From an uncultured Burkholderiaceae bacterium (lineage in GTDB: Bacteria > Pseudomonadota > Gammaproteobacteria > Burkholderiales > Burkholderiaceae_E): DNA of 30,970 nucleotides. The position numbers and the translations under genes are program-made. The notes under the pieces are model-generated. The model searched no databases and was not told where the DNA came from. It saw only the letters and a list, made by a program, of their open reading frames with translations. Shown piece by piece: positions 17,381 through 25,337 of this stretch; the stretch's first letter is position 1, and each line of letters opens with the position of its first letter. The DNA lies in assembly GCA_964488395.1 (NCBI GenBank), contig CAZAVT010000002.1, positions 1 to 30,970 of the forward strand, given 5' to 3'.

Positions 17381-18163
17381 CTAGTCGCACCAGCTGCCGC
17401 CGTTGATATCCAGGATCTCCCCGGTGATGAAGCCAGCCGCCTCCCCGGCCAGGAACGCCACGGCATCGGCGACCTCGTCGGGGCGACCCAAGCGGCCCAC
17501 CGGGATCTGACTCTTTAGGCTCTCCGGAAAGACGTTCAACAGACGCGGGTTAGACCCGATCGGACCGGGCGCCACCGCGTTGACGGTGATGCCGCGGTGG
17601 GCGTTTTCCTTGGCGAGATAGAGCGTTAGCGCATGTACACCGGCCTTGGACGCCCCGTAGGCGAGATTGACGGCCCGTTTCTGCTCGGCGGGGTCGAGCC
17701 AGGGCCGGGGATTACCGCCATTTTTCGCCAGCAATGAACCAATATTGATGATCCGGCCATAGCCCCGTTCCCGCATCCCGGGAAGCACCGTCTGGCAGCA
17801 GATGAACACGCTGGTGAGATTGGCTCGCAGCACCCGATGCCATTCCGCCTCGGTCACATCCTCGGAGGCGCCGTGGGAGCCCACGCCCGCGAGATTGATC
17901 AAGATGTCAGGGGCCGAGAGCTCGCGCTCGCAGCGGGCGAGGAGTTGGGCCACCGCCGAGCTGTCGGCCACATCGGCCACGGCAACCATCGCCCGCCGAC
18001 CCGCTGCCCGCACCTGCTCGGCGGGCTCGCTGGCATCGATCAGATCGACGAGGCACAGATCGGCACCCTCGGCCGCAAAGCGCGCCGAGATCGCTCGGCC
18101 AAGCCCACCGGCTGCACCGGTCAGGAGGGCGGTCCGTCCTTGGAGCCGCATCGTCGTGCTCAT
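17381..18163 (-). CDS. Classical SDR oxidoreductase (FabG-like) with active-site loop insertion
   Basis: TGAAGGLG, NLAG, RIINIGS, YGASK, NAVAPG and TGEILDINGG. Confidence 0.93.
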   Translation of the reverse strand: MSTTMRLQGRTALLTGAAGGLGRAISARFAAEGADLCLVDLIDASEPAEQVRAAGRRAMVAVADVADSSAVAQLLARCERELSAPDILINLAGVGSHGASEDVTEAEWHRVLRANLTSVFICCQTVLPGMRERGYGRIINIGSLLAKNGGNPRPWLDPAEQKRAVNLAYGASKAGVHALTLYLAKENAHRGITVNAVAPGPIGSNPRLLNVFPESLKSQIPVGRLGRPDEVADAVAFLAGEAAGFITGEILDINGGSWCD

Positions 18164-19146
18164 TCGACCTTGATGCTGGCGGACTTAACGACCTTGGCCC
18201 ATTTCTCGAGCTCGTTCCGGTAGAACTCGCCGAACTGGGCTGCCGTGGTGCCCAGAGGCTCAGCGCCATTGGTCCGGAAGGCCTGCTGCACCTTGGGGTC
18301 GCTCAATGCCTTGATGGTCTCGGACTCGAGCCGACCCACGATGGCCGCTGGCGTTCCGGCCGGCGCAAACAGCCCGAACCAGGCCTGCGCATCGAAGCCA
18401 GGCACGCCAGCCTCGACCATTGTTGGGATCTCGGGAGCAATCGAGGCTCGGGTCGTCGTACTGACCGCCAGCCCGCGCAGCTTCCCGCTGGTGGAAAGTG
18501 GCCCCGTGGTGATCACGTTGTCGAAGGTGAGCGGTACCCGACCACCCACCACGTCGGTCATCGCCGGCGCAGTCCCCTTGTAGGGAATCGACTGCATGCG
18601 GATGCCGGTGAGGCTGCTGAAATACTCCATGAAGAGATGCGAACCCGAACCCGATCCAGCCGTCGCGTACTGCAAGGGATCCTTGGCGGCCTTGGCGGCG
18701 GCGATCAGGTCGGCAACGGTCTTGATCGGCGAGGACGGATGGACCACCAGCATGAAAGGGGTCGAGGCGATCTGACTGATCGGTAGCAGATCGGTCAGCG
18801 GGTTGAAGGGCAAATTCGGGTACAGCGACGGATTGACCGACAGCGAAATCGTACCGAGCAGGATCGTGTAACCGTCGGGGGCGGACTTCGCGACGTGATC
18901 GGAGCCGATGTTGCTCGCGGCACCCGGGCGGTTCTCAACAACGACCGACTGCCCCATCTGCTCGCTCAGCCGGGCTGCAATCGCGCGGCCCATGATGTCG
19001 CTCGCGCCGCCAGCGGTGAAGCCGACGATGAGCCGAACCGGCTTGGCTGGATAGGGCTGAGCCAGGGCTGCGGACGGTCCAAAGGTGGCCGCAGCCGCAA
19101 GGGCTGCTGCGAACACCGGGGCAAGCCATGCGTGAAGGGGGGTCAT
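18160..19146 (-). CDS. Bug/TctC substrate-binding protein (Bug 5)
   Basis: YPAKPVRLIVGFTAGGASD, VENRPGAA, DGYT, IPYKG and KWAKVVKSASIKVE. CAGGAG RBS. Stop overlaps the SDR ATG. Confidence 0.95.
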   Translation of the reverse strand: MTPLHAWLAPVFAAALAAAATFGPSAALAQPYPAKPVRLIVGFTAGGASDIMGRAIAARLSEQMGQSVVVENRPGAASNIGSDHVAKSAPDGYTILLGTISLSVNPSLYPNLPFNPLTDLLPISQIASTPFMLVVHPSSPIKTVADLIAAAKAAKDPLQYATAGSGSGSHLFMEYFSSLTGIRMQSIPYKGTAPAMTDVVGGRVPLTFDNVITTGPLSTSGKLRGLAVSTTTRASIAPEIPTMVEAGVPGFDAQAWFGLFAPAGTPAAIVGRLESETIKALSDPKVQQAFRTNGAEPLGTTAAQFGEFYRNELEKWAKVVKSASIKVE

Positions 19147-19214
19147 CGAATGCTCCTGGTCATACCGTTGATGGGCGATGGGGGGTCGTGGCATTGGGAA
19201 GTTGCGGGTCGCCT

Positions 19215-20660
19215 TCAGGGCTGGCGCGCTGCGTCGAGTCCTGCGATCCGACCGAAGACGGTGCCCTTGAGCACCGAGGTCGCACCGGTGTAGTGGCCGT
19301 AGTAGAGGCCCTGGGTCTCGCCGACCGCATAGAGCCCCGGGATCGGATCACCTTGCTGGCTGATGACTTCGCCGCGGCAGCCTGTCTTGAGTCCACCGAA
19401 GGTGAACACGATCGAGGAGACGATCGGATAGGCCTTGTACGGAGGGCGGTCAAGCGGACGAGCCCAATGGCTCTTCACAGGCCACAACCCGCGCGTCGAC
19501 AGCCCGTCGAGCGCCCGTGGGTTGAAGCCCGCCTCAGGTGGACAGGCACGGTTGTAGTCGGCGACGGTCGCCGCAAGCAGGTCAGCAGGCAGACCGAGCT
19601 CGGCGGCGAGGGCCTCGATGGAGGGCGCCTCGATGGCTGGTTGCTCGGTGCGGATTGCAACGGGCAGATTGGGCACCTCGGCCAGCCGGCCATCGAGAAT
19701 CACCCAGGCGATGCCGCCCGGCTGGGCAAAGATCTCACGGGTCACGGCCTCGTAGGTCTCGTCGGTATGGCCCGGCCCCTCATCGACGAAGCGCCGGCCA
19801 TGCCGATTGACCAGAATGCCGTAGGGATAGACATACATCGACGCCCCCGGTCTGGCCGAGCGCGGATCCATCGGCGAGGCATGCCAGCTGCCGAAATCAC
19901 CGCAGGGCGCAGCACCGATATCGAGCGCCATGCGGATCCCCTCGCCCTTGTTGTAGTGGCAGCCGTTGGACATCATCTTCAGGTGCAGCGCGCGCGGACC
20001 CAGGTAACGATTCATCATCTCGGCATTGCCCTGAAATCCGCCGCAGGCGAGGATGACCGAGCGCCCCCTGTACTCAACCGGGCGATGGCCGGGCGCGAGC
20101 GCGCGCACCCCGCACACCCGCCCATCCTCGATCAGCAAGGACTGGGCTGCGGTCTCGTAGACGATCTGACCGCCGAGACGCTCAAAGGAAGCGGCGAGCG
20201 AGTCGACCAGCGCCCGACCGCCACCACTGGGCTGGATGCGCGGCTGGGCCGAGGTCGGGAAAGGGACCTCGAGCGGAATGAAACGCACGCCGTGGGTCTT
20301 GAGCCAGGCCAGGGTCGGCGGCGCTTCGCTCGCCAGCGTGGCCACCACATGGGGATCGACCATGCTGAGCGCCCGCAGGATTCTCGGCTGCTCCCCGTGC
20401 GGCCGTGCGGAGTCAGCAACCAGGCCAGGATCGAGGTAGCCACCGGCGTTGACGGCGAAATGCTCCTCGAAGTCCTCGCTGATCTCGGCTTCGGATTTCA
20501 TCCGCATCCAGGCACCGGTATGCCGGGTATTGCCCCCGCGCTCCTCATGGGGTGCACGCTCGAGCACGCAAACCCGCGCACCGGCCTCGGCGGCCGACAC
20601 GGCTGCCGACAGGCCCGCACCGCCGCAGCCCACCACGATCACATCATACGAATCGACCAT
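19215..20660 (-). CDS. FAD-dependent oxidoreductase, tricarballylate dehydrogenase (TcuA/CobZ)-like
   Basis: DVIVVGCGGAGLSAA, RGGNT, LACGGF.GN, GEGIRMALDIGA, WH, GILVN..G.RFVDEG, FTFGGL, PGLYAVGE and GTVFGRIAG. No covalent-FAD His motif of SdhA/FrdA. Start is ATG 20660 or TTG 20669. Confidence 0.85.
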   Translation of the reverse strand: MVDSYDVIVVGCGGAGLSAAVSAAEAGARVCVLERAPHEERGGNTRHTGAWMRMKSEAEISEDFEEHFAVNAGGYLDPGLVADSARPHGEQPRILRALSMVDPHVVATLASEAPPTLAWLKTHGVRFIPLEVPFPTSAQPRIQPSGGGRALVDSLAASFERLGGQIVYETAAQSLLIEDGRVCGVRALAPGHRPVEYRGRSVILACGGFQGNAEMMNRYLGPRALHLKMMSNGCHYNKGEGIRMALDIGAAPCGDFGSWHASPMDPRSARPGASMYVYPYGILVNRHGRRFVDEGPGHTDETYEAVTREIFAQPGGIAWVILDGRLAEVPNLPVAIRTEQPAIEAPSIEALAAELGLPADLLAATVADYNRACPPEAGFNPRALDGLSTRGLWPVKSHWARPLDRPPYKAYPIVSSIVFTFGGLKTGCRGEVISQQGDPIPGLYAVGETQGLYYGHYTGATSVLKGTVFGRIAGLDAARQP

Positions 20661-20695
20661 CTGGATCAAGTCTCCCGTAACACGCTGAAGGAGGG

Positions 20696-23473
20696 CTACG
20701 CCTGGCTGCGGCTGGGCTCGGCTGCTGCGCCAAACAGGCGTAGAACCCGACTCGGTATGCCGCCGCCTTGCATCAGGTTGCGCTCAGCTCGGGTCAAGAG
20801 CGCCGGATGCACTGAAAATTCGATCGTCGTCCCATCGGGAGACAGCGCGCTGACCGTCACCGCGCTACCCGTTTCGATCGCCGCCTCAATCCCCTGCAGG
20901 CTGAATCGTTCATGCCCCTTGAGACCCAGTGACGCCCATCCCTGACCCGGGTCAAACAGGAGCGGCAGCACGCCCATGGCGATGAGATTGGCGCGATGGA
21001 TACGCTCGAAGGACTCGGCGATCACTGCAGCCACGCCCAGGAGCAAAGTACATTTGGCGGCCCAATCGCGACTGCTGCCACTGCCGTAATCGCGCCCGGC
21101 CAGCACCAGCGTCGGAACGCCGGCTGCGCGATAGCGCATGGCCGCCTCAAAGACGCTCATCACCGCGCCGCTCGGGTGATGCAGCGTCTGGCCGCCCTCG
21201 GTGCCCGGGAGCAAGAGATTACGCAGCCTCAGGTTGGCAAATGCCGCCCGGCTCATCACCCGGTAGTTGCCTCGACGACCGACGTAACTGTTGAAATCCG
21301 CCTGCCGGACGCCGAGCGAGACCAAGTAGCGCCCGGCGGCCGAGTCGAGCGGAATCTCCCCGCCCGGCGAGATATGGTCGGTGGTCACCGAATCGCCGAG
21401 CAGCACCAGCGCGTGCGACCGGTCGATCCGGTCAGGGTCAGACCTCGCGGCCACCGGCTGAGCAAGCACCTGATCGGCGAGTGCTTCACTCCAGGGCTGA
21501 GGGCTTTGGACCAGTGATCGATCGACGACAACAGGCGCCGATACCGAGCCGAAGAAGGGCGGCTCGACAAGATAGCTCGACTGCGGGTCCCAAGCGTAGC
21601 GAGGCCCAGTGGGCGACTCGAGCGCCGCCCATAGTGTCGTGTCAGCGCCGCGCTCGTAGACCCGCCTGAAACGGGCAGGGTCCTCGGCAAGCGGCAGCAG
21701 CGCCGTGATCTCGGCGGGTTCGGGTAACAGATCGCGGGCCAGCACCGGGCGGCCGTCGCGATCGATGCCGATGGGGTCCGTCTCCAGATCCAGATCGATC
21801 CGGCCAGCGAGCGCGCAGATCACCACCCAATGCGGCGCGCCGATATAGTTGGCCCGGATCAGCTTGTGGATCCGACCTTCGAAATTGCGGTTACCCGAGA
21901 TGACCGCAGCCACCACGGCCTGCGAGGCCTCGATGGCCTCGGCAACCCCCGGGTTGAGCGGACCCGATTTGCCCCCACACGTGGTGCATCCGTGGCCGAT
22001 AAGACCGAAGCCGATCGCCTCGAGAGGCTCGAGCAGTCCAGCTGCGGCCAGATAGTCGGCGACCACCCGTGAGCCCGGCGCCATCGAGGTCTTGACCCAA
22101 GGGGCCGGCCGCAGGCCTCGCTCGACCGCTCGACGGGCCGTGAGGCCGGCCGCGAGCATCACGGCAGGATTGGAGGTATTGGTGCAGGACGTGATCGCAG
22201 CTAGCACCACCGCACCGTCGGTGAGCGCGGGCGCCGAGCGATCCGACCCCAGCCCCATGCGCGCGTAACCCCCCACATCGACCGGGGCCGCGAGGCGGCG
22301 CCTGAAATCCGCGCCGACCACCGCGATATCCATGCGGTCCTGGGGCCGGCGCGGACCAGCAAGGCTGGGTCGGGCAGCCGACACATCGATCTCGATCACC
22401 CGGCTGTAGCGTGGCAGGGCCTCGCCGGCTGCTCTGAAAAAGCCGTTCGCGCGCCCGTAGCGCTCGACTCTCTCGATCAGCGCGGGCTCCCGTCCGGTCG
22501 CCCGTAAATAGTCGAGCGTTCGGGCGTCAACCGGGAAAAAACCACAGGTTGCCCCATACTCGGGACACATGTTGGCAAGCGTCGCACGCTCGGCGACCGG
22601 CATCACATCGACCGCTGGGCCAACGAATTCGAGCGCGCAGGCGGTCACGCCCTCGCGCCGCAGCCGCTCGGTAACAAGCAGCACCAGATCGGTACTGACC
22701 GCGCCCGGGCCGATGTCGCCCGAGAGTCGCACCCCGACCACCTGGGGCATGGGAAAGCCGTAAGGTTCGCCGAGCAAGGCGGCCTCGGCATCCAAACCGC
22801 CCACCCCCCAGCCGAGCACGCCCAAAGCATTCACCATGGTGGTATGCGAGTCGCAACCCAGCACGAATTCGGGGCACCACCACGTCTGCCCCGCGTGGCT
22901 TAGCTCAGCGACGACCGAAGCAATCCGCTCGATGTGAATCTGGTGAATGATGCCACTGCCGGGCGGGTGGATGCGCAACCCCCTGAAGGCGCCATGCGCC
23001 CATTTGATGAAGCGATAGCGTTCCTGGTTGCGTTTGAATTCGCGAGCAAGATTGAGATCGATCGCATCGGCTCGAGCCCAGTGGTCGACCTGCAGCGAAT
23101 GATCGACGATCAGATCCACCGGCAAGAGTGCATCGGCGCGGGCAGGATCAACGCCGCGCCGCGCAAGCGCATCGCGCAAGGCCGCCAGGTCCTGTAAGAG
23201 CGGCAGTCCGCTCGAATCGGGCAGCACCACCCGGGTCACCTGCAGGGCGATGTCGCGGCCTTCATGGGCCTGCCAGTCGATGACCCGATCGATTTCCTCG
23301 TCGGCCACCGCGCCAGGTCCGCCCCAGGCGCGACTACGAAGCAGGTTCTCGAGCATGACCCGAATGCAATACGGATAGTCGTGAATCGAACGACCCCGAT
23401 CACGCAGGGCTGCCCCGATATCGCACCAGCGCTTCTCTGGCGCCTTGTCGTGCAGCCGGTCGGGCTGCGTCAT
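20696..23473 (-). CDS. acnA: AcnA-family [4Fe-4S] aconitate hydratase, divergent variant
   Basis: DHS, HQ, DSHT, ANMCPEYGAT, AAITSCTNTSNP, GCTTC, SGNRNFEGRIH, TTDHISP, RRGN, GSSRDWAAK and ESFERIHR.NL. GGAGG RBS. The symbol is family-level only because substrate-binding motifs deviate. Confidence 0.9.
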   Translation of the reverse strand: MTQPDRLHDKAPEKRWCDIGAALRDRGRSIHDYPYCIRVMLENLLRSRAWGGPGAVADEEIDRVIDWQAHEGRDIALQVTRVVLPDSSGLPLLQDLAALRDALARRGVDPARADALLPVDLIVDHSLQVDHWARADAIDLNLAREFKRNQERYRFIKWAHGAFRGLRIHPPGSGIIHQIHIERIASVVAELSHAGQTWWCPEFVLGCDSHTTMVNALGVLGWGVGGLDAEAALLGEPYGFPMPQVVGVRLSGDIGPGAVSTDLVLLVTERLRREGVTACALEFVGPAVDVMPVAERATLANMCPEYGATCGFFPVDARTLDYLRATGREPALIERVERYGRANGFFRAAGEALPRYSRVIEIDVSAARPSLAGPRRPQDRMDIAVVGADFRRRLAAPVDVGGYARMGLGSDRSAPALTDGAVVLAAITSCTNTSNPAVMLAAGLTARRAVERGLRPAPWVKTSMAPGSRVVADYLAAAGLLEPLEAIGFGLIGHGCTTCGGKSGPLNPGVAEAIEASQAVVAAVISGNRNFEGRIHKLIRANYIGAPHWVVICALAGRIDLDLETDPIGIDRDGRPVLARDLLPEPAEITALLPLAEDPARFRRVYERGADTTLWAALESPTGPRYAWDPQSSYLVEPPFFGSVSAPVVVDRSLVQSPQPWSEALADQVLAQPVAARSDPDRIDRSHALVLLGDSVTTDHISPGGEIPLDSAAGRYLVSLGVRQADFNSYVGRRGNYRVMSRAAFANLRLRNLLLPGTEGGQTLHHPSGAVMSVFEAAMRYRAAGVPTLVLAGRDYGSGSSRDWAAKCTLLLGVAAVIAESFERIHRANLIAMGVLPLLFDPGQGWASLGLKGHERFSLQGIEAAIETGSAVTVSALSPDGTTIEFSVHPALLTRAERNLMQGGGIPSRVLRLFGAAAEPSRSQA

Positions 23474-23527
23474 GATGTCCTCCCCGGCCCGGTCCTAACC
23501 CCGAGCTTTGCCTGCCTCACGACGTCG

Positions 23528-23557
23528 AGTCTAGCGAGCCGATCCGCGAAGCGTCAA
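23528..23557 (-). promoter_or_regulatory. Putative sigma70 promoter for the aconitase operon
   Basis: Minus strand TTGACG (23557-23552), 18-nt spacer, TAGACT (23533-23528), 54 nt upstream of ATG 23473. Confidence 0.6.
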
Positions 23558-23562
23558 CACTT
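23549..23562. promoter_or_regulatory. Putative GntR operator 1 (AAGCGT-CA-ACACTT)
   Basis: Near-palindrome with one mismatch. It matches operator 2 and overlaps the -35 hexamer of the minus-strand promoter. Confidence 0.55.
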
Positions 23563-23601
23563 TTAAGGAAAATGGGCCATCAAGCCTTGACTGGACGGGG
23601 T

Positions 23602-23617
23602 TTAGTGTTGACACTAA
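23602..23617. promoter_or_regulatory. Putative GntR operator 2 (TTAGTGT-TG-ACACTAA)
   Basis: Perfect 7-bp inverted repeat with a 2-nt spacer in an AT-rich intergenic region, ending 5 nt before the GntR ATG. Confidence 0.65.
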
Positions 23618-23622
23618 CACCC

Positions 23623-24384
23623 ATGGACGCAGCCTTGTTCCCGGATCGTCATGCGGCACGCGACGTGCCAGGCACGCTCGCTGACAGCGTCTTCGACCAC
23701 CTGCTGCAGGCGATCCAGTCGGGTCGACTCGCGTCCGGTGAGGTGCTGAACGAAGTCGCGCTCGCCCAGGAACTCGGCGTTTCCAGGGGGCCCGTGCGCG
23801 AGGCCATCCGGCGACTGCAGGGCGTGCAACTGGTCGAGCGCGAAGCCTACCTGCGCGCGCGGGTCGTCGAACTGAACGCGGCAACGGCGCGCGAGCTTTT
23901 CGAAATGCGTGAGGCACTCGAGGGCATGGCCTGTCGGCTGGCCGCCCAACGAATGTCGGAAAGCGAGATCGATTCGCTCGAGCGTGATCTCGAAGCAGCC
24001 CGCGCCGCGCGTCTGAAGGACCAGGGCAGGCGCCGATCGCCGGTGACCGGCTTCGATTTTCACGAGCGGATCGCCCTGGCAAGCGGCAATGCCCGGATCC
24101 ACGCGACGCTCACCGGCGACCTGCATCATCTGCTATCGCTCTACCGGGTTCGCTCCGGATTGGTCCCCCATCGCAAGGACAATGCCTTTGCAGAACACTG
24201 GCAGGTCGTTCGGGCAATCCGGGCGCGCGATGGCGAACTCGCTGAATCGCTCATGCGTTCGCACGTCAGGCGCGCCGCCGAGCAGCTGTTTCGCGAACTG
24301 CCCGATGGCCCGCGTGACCGGCCGCTCGAGCGGCCGCGACCCGCCACCGAATCCCAGACCGTGACGGAGAGACCCCCACCGTGA
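23623..24384 (+). CDS. GntR family transcriptional regulator, FadR/FCD subfamily
   Basis: TLADSVFDHL..AI.SG.L..G..LNEVALAQELGVSRGPVREAIRRL wHTH, and an FCD domain with DFHERIA..SGN, EHWQVV.AI and MRSHV. Start is ATG 23623 (23572 is an alternative). Confidence 0.93.
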   Translation: MDAALFPDRHAARDVPGTLADSVFDHLLQAIQSGRLASGEVLNEVALAQELGVSRGPVREAIRRLQGVQLVEREAYLRARVVELNAATARELFEMREALEGMACRLAAQRMSESEIDSLERDLEAARAARLKDQGRRRSPVTGFDFHERIALASGNARIHATLTGDLHHLLSLYRVRSGLVPHRKDNAFAEHWQVVRAIRARDGELAESLMRSHVRRAAEQLFRELPDGPRDRPLERPRPATESQTVTERPPP

Positions 24385-25283
24385 AGCCCACCGCCCCCTC
24401 CGCCGCCGCCCGCTTGCGCGCGCTCCTTCAAAGCGACGAACTGATCGTCGCGCCCGGTGTCTTTGACGGCTACAGCGCAAGGCTGGTCGAAGCCGCGGGG
24501 TATCGAACTGCCGCCACCAGCGGTGCCGCCGTTTCGAATTCCCTGCTGGGGGTTCCCGACATCGGCGTGATGGGGCTGAACGAGAACGTCACCCACTGCC
24601 GTAACCTGGCCCGGTCGATTTCAATCCCGCTTACCGCGGATGCCGACACCGGCTACGGCAATCCCGTCAATGTCTGGCACACCGTGCGGCTGTTCGAGGA
24701 GGCGGGTGTTGCGGGGATCAACATCGAGGATCAGGTCAGTCCCAAGCGCTGCGGCCACATGCCCGGCAAGCAGGTGGTCGATGACGCCGAGATGGTGCGC
24801 AAGATCGAGGCCGCCTGCATGGCGCGCAGAGACGACGACTTCGTGATCATCGCCCGTACCGACGCGCTGGCGGTCGAGGGCATCGAGGGCGCCGCCCGGC
24901 GGGCGCGGCTCTACGCCCAGGCTGGTGCCGACCTGATCTTCCCGGATGCCGTACGCACCGAGGACGAGATCGCCCGTATCGTCGAGGCCGCCGGGATTCC
25001 CGTGACGATCAATATGGGTTTTGGCATCCGCTCGCGACCAACCACGCCGCTCATCCCATTGCCCCGGCTGAAGGCGCTCGGCGTGCGCCGAATCAGCCTG
25101 CCGCGCATGCTGCCGGGTGCCGCGATCCGTGCGATGAAGGAGGCACTTCGCCTGATGCAGCAGGTGATCGCGACCGGCGAACCAATCGACCGACCCGATC
25201 TGATCGCAGGCATCGACGAGATCACCGAGCTGATGGACTACGACGGCATGCGCGAACGCGAGGCTCAACTACTTAAGCTCTGA
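24381..25283 (+). CDS. Isocitrate lyase / PEP mutase superfamily lyase (PrpB / 2,3-dimethylmalate lyase / CPEP mutase-like)
   Basis: APGVFD..SARL, TSGA, ADADTGYG, NIEDQ..PKRCGH and IIARTDA. GTG start overlaps the GntR stop (GTGA). Confidence 0.93.
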   Translation: MKPTAPSAAARLRALLQSDELIVAPGVFDGYSARLVEAAGYRTAATSGAAVSNSLLGVPDIGVMGLNENVTHCRNLARSISIPLTADADTGYGNPVNVWHTVRLFEEAGVAGINIEDQVSPKRCGHMPGKQVVDDAEMVRKIEAACMARRDDDFVIIARTDALAVEGIEGAARRARLYAQAGADLIFPDAVRTEDEIARIVEAAGIPVTINMGFGIRSRPTTPLIPLPRLKALGVRRISLPRMLPGAAIRAMKEALRLMQQVIATGEPIDRPDLIAGIDEITELMDYDGMREREAQLLKL

Positions 25284-25337
25284 TCGCGCGTTTGCCTCTT
25301 CACTTCCCCCCACGACACCGCAAGGAACCTGACGACA

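Noticed and set aside
19128-20945. 605-aa plus-strand ORF
   Set aside because: Antisense to the TcuA-like gene, with no family motif or RBS.
23572-23622. Longer GntR start at ATG 23572
   Set aside because: It would translate through the operator and promoter elements. ATG 23623 gives a normal-length N-terminus.
14917-25283. Calling the cluster a standard 2-methylcitrate cycle (prpB/prpD/acnD)
   Set aside because: No prpC, prpE or prpF in the window. The aconitase lacks the AcnD HDILG motif, and the PrpD-like and PrpB-like motifs are non-canonical.
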